From a virus: a DNA stretch of 64,000 nt. Positions 9,629 through 19,193 of the stretch are shown piece after piece. A program made the translations under genes and the position numbers. The notes below the pieces were generated by a model. The model had not been told where the DNA came from, did no database searches, and saw only the letters and a list, made by a program, of their open reading frames with translations. Positions within the stretch are counted from its first letter, which is position 1. Each line of letters begins with the position of its first letter. Where the stretch lies: positions 5,726 through 69,725 of IMG/VR virus record IMGVR_UViG_3300019889_000001. One strand, written 5' to 3'.

Positions 9629-9773
9629 GCGCACACCTGTTCGCTTGCAGCCGCGAGCACCGCGCTCACTCGAGCGCTCGGACACCTGTTCGTCGAACAC
9701 TCGTCCGCTAGCTGCTGGCTAGCACCCTGGGTGATTCCGCGATCGAACACAGGTACGTCGAACACCTGTACGC
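9629..9773. promoter_or_regulatory. cluster of five SOS-box-like (TCGAAC-N4-GTTCGA-like) sites
   Basis: GCGCACacctGTTCGC, TCGGACacctGTTCGT, TCGAACactcGTCCGC, TCGAACacagGTACGT, TCGAACacctGTACGC. Confidence 0.55.
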
Positions 9774-9912
9774 CGGCCGAATTCGTCGAAGGGGGATCCC
9801 CCCCACGAATAAAGGGGCTTTTTCTGGGGGACACGTCCCTACCCCTCCCGGGGCGCCCAACAAGCCCCCCTCCCCCCATGGCTATTCCGAAGATCTACAG
9901 AAGGGAGACGCC

Positions 9913-10104
9913 GTGAAGCGTCCGCTCTGCGAACTGTGCCCATCGGACGGCACCGCGATCATTCTCGAGCCCGACCCGTTCATGGATCGCCGGTTCTCCG
10001 ACATCCACCGGGTGCGGGTCGTCTGCGCCGAATGCGACCGCCGATTCTCGAACCACGACGACATCCGGTTCACGCCCTTCCATCCGACAGTTTCGACACT
10101 GTGA
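9913..10104 (+). CDS. small Zn-ribbon protein
   Basis: CELC...CAECDRRF; SD GGGAG. Confidence 0.6.
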   Translation: MKRPLCELCPSDGTAIILEPDPFMDRRFSDIHRVRVVCAECDRRFSNHDDIRFTPFHPTVSTL

Positions 10105-10234
10105 TCCGCGCCGTCTTCCAGGCGCTCCGGTTGCTCATCGGCATCACGTTGCTCGTCGTGTGCAAGCTCGCCTACATCGTCCACATTCTCGCCGGCAAAC
10201 TCGCCGGCGTGTGTATCCCCCAAAGGAGACCCCA

Positions 10235-10525
10235 ATGATCATCCCCCTCGCACTCCTCGCGTTGGCCGCGCCGACCGACACCCCGATCGAGCCGATCACC
10301 GAATCGTTGATGACGCTCGGCATCGAATCCGGCGTCATGGACGAATCATGCACGTCGTACGGCGTCGTCATCCCTCTGCTCGCTGTCGCGCTCGACGGCG
10401 ACACCGCGCTCGCCATGGACATCACCGACGGATATTTCATCGTGACGTTCGAAACCGGCTACGGCGGACGCCTCACCGACGAAGCCCGCGAGGCAGTCAC
10501 ATCGTTCCTCCACGGCTGCGTTTGA
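10235..10525 (+). CDS. small exported protein
   Basis: SD AAGGAG; N-terminal MIIPLALLALAAP. Confidence 0.6.
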   Translation: MIIPLALLALAAPTDTPIEPITESLMTLGIESGVMDESCTSYGVVIPLLAVALDGDTALAMDITDGYFIVTFETGYGGRLTDEAREAVTSFLHGCV

Positions 10526-10751
10526 TCCCCCCGGACGCGGCCACAATGACGTGGCCGCGTCTCGCCCGCTGCACTGGAGTGTGTCAACGCAGGTTCGATC
10601 CCTGCCCGGCGGCCTCAACGGAAAGGATGAGCGATGAAGATGCCCTAGCACTACTGGGGGCAGGGCCGCATTGCGGTTTGTCAAATCCTGCCCCCGGTTC
10701 TGGGCTCCCATCGCTCCCCCCGTCAAGTTCTCAACAACAAAGGAGATCCCA

Positions 10752-11015
10752 GTGATCACCCAACTGGTATTCGCAGGCGCCCTGCTGGCGACACCGGCGA
10801 CGGATTCGGGCGACGACACCGCCGCCATGATCCTCGTCATCGACTCCAGCGCGCCCAACCTGTGCGAGCTGGTCAACCACCAGATCGTCATGGGTGAAGA
10901 CCCCGCGGAAGTCGTCGAGCACGGCACCGAGTCGTTCGCGGTCGCATTCAACCCGTCCGACGACGTCGTCGCCCACATGCATCTGACGCTCACGATCTGC
11001 GCCTACGGGTTCTGA
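10752..11015 (+). CDS. small exported protein
   Basis: SD AAGGAG; MITQLVFAGALLATP. Confidence 0.6.
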   Translation: MITQLVFAGALLATPATDSGDDTAAMILVIDSSAPNLCELVNHQIVMGEDPAEVVEHGTESFAVAFNPSDDVVAHMHLTLTICAYGF

Positions 11016-11017
11016 CC

Positions 11018-14000
11018 GTGGACCCCGACGCAGTGTGGGCCGTCCTCAACGACGAGGCCGAATTCGGCGAGGACCGCGACTTTGCCGCATTGGACTTACT
11101 CGTCTGGTTCGCAAAGGGCGGAAGCTTCCCGATGGAAGGTCTCCGACCGCGCTCAGACGCCATCGAACGGTGCGAGCGGCGCCTGGTGGCGGCGATCGAG
11201 GGATCGTGATCGCCGTCGACTTGACCCCGCTCGAATTCGCGCTCGCCTACGTCGGCGCCATCGCCCTGCTCTACGGGGTGTGGCGGCTCGGCATGTGGTG
11301 GCGCTACAACAGGAAGGACCACCGATGACCATTGAAGTGGTTTATGGTCGAGCCGAGATGCTCGGCGACGAATTCAACGCCGACCGAATCCGCACCTACC
11401 TCGACGACGAAGGCAACGTGTGGACCGGCACCGAGACGACAGACGTCGACTACTACTGCTCGCGTGACTGCGCCGAGCGGTCGTTGCCGTGGTTGACCCT
11501 CTCGGCCATGCAGGGCATCGCGCTCCGCGCCGTGTTCGCCAACGCTCAATACTCGGACTTCAAGACGGCCCGAGAGCACGGTAACGCCGGGACGGCCGAC
11601 GCCGGGACTCACTACGGCGACTTCCCGGACTATTCGGTCTACTGCGCGCGCTGCGGCGACACGATCCACCAAGGAGACGACGAATGACCTTTCGCGTCAC
11701 CGAAACGACCCACCACGGCACGTACTACAACGTCGCCGAATCCTTCGGCCCCACACCGCGTGAGGCATTCCTCGCCGCGCTCTTGACGTCGCCGTACAAC
11801 TTCACGGCGACACTCGACAACCGTTACGCCGCCGAATGTCTCGCCGACCTCGTGCTCACCGGGCGCGGAGATTTCGGTTGGGCCCGCTACACCCTCACGG
11901 AGGAATCATGAACATCACCTACGGAAGTGTCTCGCTCAAAGTCAAGGACTCGAGCCCGGCGTTCCACTGCAAGCATCCGGACGGGATGGTTTCGATCCGG
12001 GCGACCACCATCGCCGGGACGGACGTGATGCTCTACCTCGACGGGACACCCGAGGAGTTGCTCGACTGGGCGCTCAAAGTGCGAGTCGCTGCTCATGAGC
12101 TTCAACTCCAGGAGGAATCCGAATGACCAACACCGCGACACCAGAACTGACCGCCGAACAACGAGAACTCCGTCTCGCCTGGCAGATGGCCTTGGATATC
12201 GAACGGGCGTGCCGCATCGTCGGATACGTCCACGAACGCAACGCCAACGTCTGCGAGCGGGGCTGCGAATGGGATGAGCTGGCCGATCGGATTCTCGACG
12301 AACACGTCGGCGACCCCCTGTCGATCGACGTCCAGCTCTCCGGCACCTACGCCGACTACCAGTCCGGTGATCTGTCCGACATGACGCTCGACCACGTCGG
12401 CGTCCTCCTCGGCACCGGTGGCCCGGCCCGCGGCATCGAGTTCCGCGCCTACGGCGATGCCCGGGTGTGGCATCAGGACTGGGGTACGCAGCGTGCCTAC
12501 GCGGTGCTCGGAGACGACGCCGCCGAAACTCTCGCCAACCATTGGGGGATCGACTTTCCATGATGGCATCGATAGTCACTCGGCCGCGACGATTCTGGTG
12601 TCTCGAATGCCGGGAGTGGACGGCGAGCGGCCCGCTCGACTTCGAATGCTCCCGCTGTCGCTCGCAGTACCTCTGCGGCGAATGCGGATTCCAGATCAAC
12701 CAGACCGGTCGGTGTCTCAGACCCGAGCATCTCGGTCCCTGCCCCGAAACCACGGAGGACTCGTGAAGCAAGTCACGGTCAAGTGTGACGGCTGGTGCAG
12801 TCAGGCGCACAACGGGATCACGCACATCGACGAATCCGGCTTCGCCTACTGCGCGCCGTGCGGACTCCGCAGGCAGGCTGACGGCTGGAAGCGTTGCCGC
12901 AAGCTCCGACCCTTCGAACTCCGACGCCTGCTTCGAGGCGAACAATTAGCGAGGTACTGAAATGACACGTATCAAACCGGGCCCTACCGACTCCCCAACT
13001 CCTGTCGGGCAGTCGGCGGCTGCCCGGCACGGGGGTTCGAGATGAAAGTCTCAGAGATGCGCGCCGTCGCTGATGCGTGCGCTACGAGCGCTGGTGTCTG
13101 GCTGAGCTACGCCGAGACCTCGCAGACCGAGGAGGGCACGTTGGCGTACGCCACGCAGTCGCTCGCCTCGATTCAGATCGCCAACTACTGGCGGGAATCC
13201 GCCAACGACATCGAACGGAGCTACGAATGAAGATCAAGGCACGCATCACCGCCCGCGCCCCGAAGCCGCAGGAATCGGTGGAGAGGCTGCAAGCCCAGTT
13301 CGCCGACTGGCCGGACTACGTCGCGGTCGGCAACATCACGCTCGTCTCGAAGTATTCGAACGGGCTCCACTGGATCGCCGCCGTCACCATGGAGAAGGAA
13401 CTGTCGTGAGCTGGTTCCGCGTGTCCTTCTCGCAGACCGAGTACCGCTCGGCGATCGTCGAGGCCGCCTCATCTGAGGCCGCTGTCGAGATGGTGCGCGA
13501 AGGTGACTACGACGACAGCAGTTTCGACATGGCTGAGGGATTCACCTTGGTCGACGTAGAGGAGGTGGAATGAAGCGCACACTCACCTACCTCGATGCAG
13601 TCGGGGAAATCGAAGTATGGGTCATCCCCGAGGACGCTTCGATGTATTGGCATGACGGGATGGTGTTCGTCAGGAGCGACTGGGATGCACTTGGATGGTC
13701 ATCGCGTCGTTGCTTCGCGGTGCCTATCAACCGCTTGTTGCACTACGAGGAGAAGTCATGACCACCAAGAAATCACCGAAGAAGAAGACCGCGAAGAAGT
13801 CGTACGAGACGGACCGCGGTATCCGGGTCTGCCGCGACGAGGACTGTCCGGAGTGCGGCTGGCCTGAGACGTACGCCGAGGTCGACATCTTGACCGGCAC
13901 GCCATGTGTGCTCGCGCTCGGATGCAGTAAATGCGGCTGGAAGGTGGAGGTGTGATGGCCCGCGAACTGTGGCCCGACCCGGACGACAACCTCGACTGGC

Positions 14001-15227
14001 AAGACGAGCAGGACGCGATCGGCGACATACTCGACGACCGCGACGGCGACCACGACGGGTTCGGCTCCCATTGGAATGATCGGATCTCGGCGATCGAAGG
14101 GTACTGCGACTACTGCGAGCGCGAAGGCCACACGTTTCGCTCGTGCCCACGACGAGACGACCACCAGGACCAGTTGTGAGTGGCACCTCCCCGCGGCCAG
14201 GGCGGTCGTGGGTGTGCGAGTCCGATCCTCGTTGCATCCGCCCGGAACATCGCGGCCCGCACTTCTACCGGGAATGCGCGACTGCCGGCTGTACCAGCCA
14301 CGCTCGTCGTGAGGAACCGATGTGCCCTCGGCATGAGGACCGGGCGACGTACGAGAAATACCAAGAGGAGTCATGAGTTTCATCGTCCGCTGTTCTGATG
14401 GTGCGCAACGTCACCGCGATCCGTTTCCGACTCGCCGCCAAGCCGACGAGTTCTCATGGTGGGGTCACTGTTGCACCAGCGAACACGAAATCATCTCCCT
14501 GGAGGAGACATGCCCGCACCCCACGATCTCGACCCCGGCGCCATGACCGAAGCCGAGAGGCTCGCGAAACGCAGGTACCAAGCGCATTTCGCCTTCGAGA
14601 TGATGCCTGACCCGCCCGACGAAGACAAGGAAGCCGAATGAGCACCCAAATCTGGAAATTCCGAATCCCCGTCGACGGAATCACCGTCGACCTGTCCCGC
14701 CCGACCCCGATGTTCGTGGGCTGTGATCCGCGCTCGTCATCCATCGACGATGAAGATCTGCCTTCGATCTGGATCAAATGCCACTCGGATGGGATCCCCA
14801 CTCGACGGCGGTACTACCTCGTTGGCACAGGCCATTCAATACCACCAGGCAACGACCGTTATTGCGGGTCCGCGGTCTGCGGGTCGTACGTGTGGCATGT
14901 CTTCGAATCGGAGAAGCCATGAGTCGCTCAGATCACCCCTCGCTCGCCCAGAACGCTCACATCGAGTACGTCATCCGGTTTGAGGGCGACGACATGGTCT
15001 GCTTCTTACAGGCCGGCGCGAACTTCATCGAGTTGTATCGCGTCGAGCATGGATGTGCTGACGGAGACACAGAGATGTGCCTCGAGCAGCTCAATCGTTG
15101 TCAGTTGATGTGCGAAGACGACTACGGAACCGGTCTGCCTTGGATCGTCTCCCAAGACCCGGAAAACGACCCGCGCCTGTCCTGGACGGGCACGGTCCCT
15201 ACGAATATGAACAGGAGAACCACATGA
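11018..15227 (+). other. operon of about 18 small, overlap-coupled hypothetical genes (early/accessory region)
   Basis: Chain of ATGA/GTGA-coupled ORFs, e.g. 11018-11209, 11325-11687, 11684-11911, 11908-12126, 12123-12563, 12763-12960, 13042-13230, 13227-13409, 13570-13761, 13758-13955, 13955-14179, 14638-14922, 14919-15227; several with CxxC pairs. Confidence 0.7.
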
Positions 15228-15766
15228 CCACGAACGAGTTCATCCCCGGCGAACTGCGAGCCCGGATTGATGCGACGGGCGACGAGTTCGACCGCTTCGA
15301 TCTCGCCCGGAAGTTCATTCGGGACATGAAACGGAAGCATCCCGACGAATGGGACGAGTGGATGTTCGACGCCGAAACGTCACGCATCCTCACCATGATC
15401 CGACGGATCGTGGCGGACCGCCGACACACGGTGCGGAAACGTCACATGCGTGACGTCGCCAACAACCGGGCCTCCGCGACGATCAAGGCGAAGACGCCGA
15501 CCCCGGTTGCGTTTCCGGCCGTCCCGGCGGGCTCAATGCATTACGGCGTCGAGAACGGGAAATTCCGACGGCTGCGCGCCATGCGTCGCCCCGAAGTCCT
15601 CGCTACCGCCGCCCATTGTGAACATCTCGGCCAGGGCTCGCTACTCCAGGCCGCCGTTTTGCGGACCATCGCGAAACGGATGCCCGACGACGTTGTCGTT
15701 GTGCGAGACGTCTGCACCGACGAACAGCTCGACACGCTGTTCGGCGAGCAGCAAGTCACCTTCTGA
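15224..15766 (+). CDS. hypothetical protein immediately upstream of the pentamer array
   Basis: SD AGGAG, ATG 15224; 180 aa, basic central helix. Confidence 0.7.
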   Translation: MTTNEFIPGELRARIDATGDEFDRFDLARKFIRDMKRKHPDEWDEWMFDAETSRILTMIRRIVADRRHTVRKRHMRDVANNRASATIKAKTPTPVAFPAVPAGSMHYGVENGKFRRLRAMRRPEVLATAAHCEHLGQGSLLQAAVLRTIAKRMPDDVVVVRDVCTDEQLDTLFGEQQVTF

Positions 15767-15786
15767 ACGCAGCGCCAGGCTGCTAT

Positions 15787-15962
15787 ACGACTCCCCTCCA
15801 CCCCCCGTCCCAGTTCACCTCATCCCATACCGACAACCCAACCCGTCCCAGTACTGCCCACCCACTGCCCTCTCCGACTACCCGTCCCTCCCCGTCTCCT
15901 TCCTCCCCGCCCCGACCACCCTCCTCTCTCCTGGCCAACCTCGCCCCATACCGACAACCCAA
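15787..15962 (+). repeat. non-CRISPR array: four CCGAC-delimited units of 6-7 (NN-CCC) pentamers; candidate guide RNA
   Basis: (C)CGAC at 15788, 15830, 15874, 15912, 15951; 5-nt periodicity; 18-bp direct repeat CCCATACCGACAACCCAA at 15824 and 15945. Confidence 0.8.
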
Positions 15963-15970
15963 AGGAAACA

Positions 15971-16705
15971 ATGCCCACAGCGACACTCACCAAGCCGACG
16001 TTCAGGGACGTCTTCGCTAAACATCAGCCCAAGGTGTGGAAGCACCGCTACCACGTCGAGCTGTACGTCGAGAACCTCACCGGCGGCACACCAAACGACC
16101 CGCGCGTCATCGAGAAGTGGTTGCGTACCAAAGTGCTCAACGACAACGCCGCCCTGAACGAGGCGATCAGCAAGACGATGGTCGAGATGGGCGTCGACCC
16201 CCTCGAAGATCCGGCCGCCGGCGAGAAGGCGATGGAGAAGTACATCTCCTCGGCGCATCTCAACGGCTTCAAGCGGGTCGAAGGACAACTCATCTACGAG
16301 GGTCGGAACGCGAAGGCCGCCATCAAGGAGGCGTTCGGTGTCGCGCTCGGCTCGGGCCACATCAAGGCTCGTGGTTGGGGTGAGACCAACAAGGGCTCGA
16401 AGGCCTTCGTCGCCGAGCACATCATGATCCCCGACCGATACATCCCCATCCTTCGAGAGGACGGGTCGCCGTTCACGGAACCGACCGGCATCAACCAGCG
16501 CTTCGTCCACACCCACAACGGCGACGGCATCCAGTACGAAGAGTTCTGCGATCCGGCCCTCCTCCGCTTCGAGGTCTGGACTGACTGGGATTTCGACCAG
16601 CACTGGCCGACGATCTGGTCGATCGGCGGCAAGCAGGGCGTCGGTGCGACCCGCTCAATGGGGTGCGGCGTGTACTTCGTCTCGCGTTGGGACAAGCAGT
16701 CATGA
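15971..16705 (+). CDS. solitary Cas7/RAMP-superfamily protein
   Basis: N-terminal strand YHVELYVENLTGGTP; LIYEGRNAKAAIKEA (cf. RAMP IPGSSLKGALR); C-terminal Gly loop GVGATRSMGCGVYFV (cf. GLGGxRSRGYGRV); SD AAAGGA. Confidence 0.75.
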   Translation: MPTATLTKPTFRDVFAKHQPKVWKHRYHVELYVENLTGGTPNDPRVIEKWLRTKVLNDNAALNEAISKTMVEMGVDPLEDPAAGEKAMEKYISSAHLNGFKRVEGQLIYEGRNAKAAIKEAFGVALGSGHIKARGWGETNKGSKAFVAEHIMIPDRYIPILREDGSPFTEPTGINQRFVHTHNGDGIQYEEFCDPALLRFEVWTDWDFDQHWPTIWSIGGKQGVGATRSMGCGVYFVSRWDKQS

Positions 16706-17052
16706 TCGCCCAACTCACCCTCGCGGCCCTCCTGCTCGCCGCTCCCGCACCACCCGAGGTTCCCCAGAGCGAGGTCGACTACATCAACGAGGTGGTGGGA
16801 ATTTACTTCGAGAACATCTTCCCCGACTCGTTCGCCCCCGCGTGCAACGTGACCTTCGCAACGGCGGGCGATGCCGTGACCGGCACGTGCTATGCCTCTA
16901 GCGGAATCTCGGTGATCGTATTGCTCGTCGTGCATTCCGGCATCGAAGTCACCATCATCCCCATCGGTGAGCATCAGTACGTCGACAACGCGGAGATGGC
17001 GAGTCCCGAACTAACACTCACCGCTGACGCTCCACTCGCGCCCACGCCGTGA
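16702..17052 (+). CDS. small exported protein
   Basis: MIAQLTLAALLLAAPAPP signal-like N-terminus; ATGA-coupled to the Cas7-like gene. Confidence 0.6.
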   Translation: MIAQLTLAALLLAAPAPPEVPQSEVDYINEVVGIYFENIFPDSFAPACNVTFATAGDAVTGTCYASSGISVIVLLVVHSGIEVTIIPIGEHQYVDNAEMASPELTLTADAPLAPTP

Positions 17053-17252
17053 GCTTTCGGACCGAACCCATTGTCGTGTCGTCCCTGACATGCTAGGCTA
17101 GCGTCCGTGCAGTTCTCGGACGAGATGAGCCTCATGTTCGGCGGAACCGAGTGCGAGCTGGCGGTTGATGAGATCCGCCAGCTCGTGCTCGACGCCCGCA
17201 CCCGCCTCCTCGAGGCGCATCCATTCTTCAACGACAACAACAAGGAGACTCA

Positions 17253-18275
17253 ATGAAGACCCGCATATTTGCCGCCGCAGTTCTGGCGGCAAGTGCACTC
17301 ACCATCGGCATCGCGCACGGCAACCCTGCCGCCGCCCACCACAACACAGTCAGTTGCCAATCACCCGGTGTCTGGCTCATCGAGAACTCGGAGTCCGACA
17401 AATCCGAGACGTTCGTCACAGACCAAGGTCACTCAGGCAGCATTCCGGGTGGAGAGTCCACGACGGTCGCCTACTCCGGCACGTCGCTGACGGTGACCGG
17501 CACCTGGAACAACGGCCAGAGCCAGTCCACGACCGGAACGGGCGATTGCACGGTTCCGACCGAAACGACTGACCCGCCCGTCGAGACAACCGAGCCTCCG
17601 GTGGAGACCACCGAACCTCCCGTTGAGACGACGGACCCGCCCGTCGAAACCACGGAACCTCCGGTGGAGACAACCGAGCCGCCCGTCGAGTCCACAGAAC
17701 CCCCAGTGGAGACGACCATTCCGATCGACGCCAGTTTCGACATCGACGTCGAAGGCACCTGTTCGAACACGTTGACCGTCACCATCGGCGGCGGACCTGC
17801 CGACCTGTACGCCTACGTCGTCGTCAACGGCACCCCGATCGAAGGTCCGCTCGGCACCTACGCCGAAGGCGTTCACCAGACGAACGGATCACTCGATCAG
17901 GACGTGACGATCGTCTTGACGATCACCGCGACATTCGAAGACGGCACGGTCCTATCCGACACCGAGACGATCGTCGCCGACTGTGCACCCGACGTCACCA
18001 CGACGACGGAGCCTCCGACCGTGACGACTGATCCACCCGTCGTCACGGTTCCACCCGTCGTCACGGTTCCGCCGGTCTGTGAACCGCTCGACGGCGAGCC
18101 GATCGATGGTGATGGCGACGGATTCGTACTCGACGGCACGACCGGTGTCCGACCGCTCCGCACCACCTGCGATCCGCCGACGACCGTCGCTGTGTCGCCC
18201 TCCGTGACGCCGACCACCGAGAAGGGGACCGGCGACACGTACACGAAGCCGCAGACGCTTCCGGCGACACGCTGA
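17253..18275 (+). CDS. secreted Pro/Thr-repeat surface protein ending in LPXT(R)
   Basis: Signal peptide, (PPVETT[ED])n, C-terminal LPATR-stop. Confidence 0.85.
   Translation: MKTRIFAAAVLAASALTIGIAHGNPAAAHHNTVSCQSPGVWLIENSESDKSETFVTDQGHSGSIPGGESTTVAYSGTSLTVTGTWNNGQSQSTTGTGDCTVPTETTDPPVETTEPPVETTEPPVETTDPPVETTEPPVETTEPPVESTEPPVETTIPIDASFDIDVEGTCSNTLTVTIGGGPADLYAYVVVNGTPIEGPLGTYAEGVHQTNGSLDQDVTIVLTITATFEDGTVLSDTETIVADCAPDVTTTTEPPTVTTDPPVVTVPPVVTVPPVCEPLDGEPIDGDGDGFVLDGTTGVRPLRTTCDPPTTVAVSPSVTPTTEKGTGDTYTKPQTLPATR
17560..17718 (+). repeat. 21-bp coding tandem repeat (PPVETT[E/D] x7)
   Basis: Degenerate GA[CG]CC[GT]CC[CG]GT[CG]GAGAC units. Confidence 0.85.
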
Positions 18276-18282
18276 GGTCGCT

Positions 18283-18378
18283 ATGACCTTGCTCATCATC
18301 GGAGTCGGCTGGCTCCTCGGAATCGTCCTGCTCGTCGCATTCTTTGCGGGGGCAGGACGGAACCGAGGCCGCCGATGA
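18283..18378 (+). CDS. 31-aa TM helix plus basic tail (sortase-anchor-like)
   Basis: MTLLIIGVGWLLGIVLLVAFFAGAGRNRGRR. Confidence 0.6.
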   Translation: MTLLIIGVGWLLGIVLLVAFFAGAGRNRGRR

Positions 18379-18596
18379 CCGACACTCCCACTCGGCGTCG
18401 GTCAGGACCACGTCCTCGGTTCGACGCCGAGACCCGGGCTGCCCGCAAAGCCGAACGCAACAAGCGGCATCCCCTCATCAATTCGAGCGCGCTCGCCTGG
18501 CTCGCCGACAACCACCCCAAGATCCACGCCCAAGCCAAGGCATTCGCCGAGGCACAAGTCCTCTCGGAGCGTGGCGCGCTCCCAGGCGACGACTGA
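18375..18596 (+). CDS. hypothetical protein
   Basis: ATGA-coupled ORF. Confidence 0.6.
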   Translation: MTDTPTRRRSGPRPRFDAETRAARKAERNKRHPLINSSALAWLADNHPKIHAQAKAFAEAQVLSERGALPGDD

Positions 18597-18608
18597 ACAG
18601 GAGACAGC

Positions 18609-18914
18609 ATGTCCAGCACACCATCCAACCCGAGGCTCACCCCGCCGATCGTGGAGCCCCCGATCGCCGACGACCTTCCCGATGACTACGTCCCGTACGA
18701 GCCGAAAGAGTCGGTCCCGGCGGCCGACCCGCTCGACGAGATGGTCAACGTCTTGAAGACGAAGCGCGCGGCGGTCGCTGCCAGCATCGAGGAGGACATC
18801 CTCCACCGCGCCGAACTGATGACCCGGATCAACGAGGGCCGCGCCGAACTGAAGCGACTCGACCGGTTCATTGCCGCCGAGACACCGCGCGGTTCGAAGC
18901 CGAAGACGAAGTGA
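18609..18914 (+). CDS. hypothetical coiled-coil protein
   Basis: SD AGGAG. Confidence 0.6.
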   Translation: MSSTPSNPRLTPPIVEPPIADDLPDDYVPYEPKESVPAADPLDEMVNVLKTKRAAVAASIEEDILHRAELMTRINEGRAELKRLDRFIAAETPRGSKPKTK

Positions 18915-19193
18915 CCTGATGACCGTGACCGGCTCGGATTTCCTGTGCCTCACCCCGGCGGGGGAACTCCGAGCCGGAGACGGCGTCTACTTCTTTCGCC
19001 CCGCCTATCCCCAGCGCGGCTGGCTGACTGCGACAGCATTGTCACCGAACGGCAAATGGGTGTATGCCCGAGATCGTAAAGGTATGGCCCGGGTCATCGA
19101 GATCGATTCGATTACCCGGATCGGTCCTGCGCCCACCCCGTATCGACAACGGGAAATCAAGCCACCACGGCGGTCCCGGAAAGGGCGGCGGCG

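Noticed and set aside
10530-10740. Possible structured ncRNA (GGGGCAGG...CCTGCCCC hairpin)
   Set aside because: A single hairpin within a possible small ORF; no family features recognised
15787-15962. Canonical CRISPR array
   Set aside because: No 23-47 bp conserved repeat with unique spacers; the constant part is only CCGAC plus periodic triplets
15783-15986. 67-aa minus-strand Gly-rich ORF over the array
   Set aside because: Shadow of the C-rich repeat; antisense to the operon and overlapping the Cas7-like start
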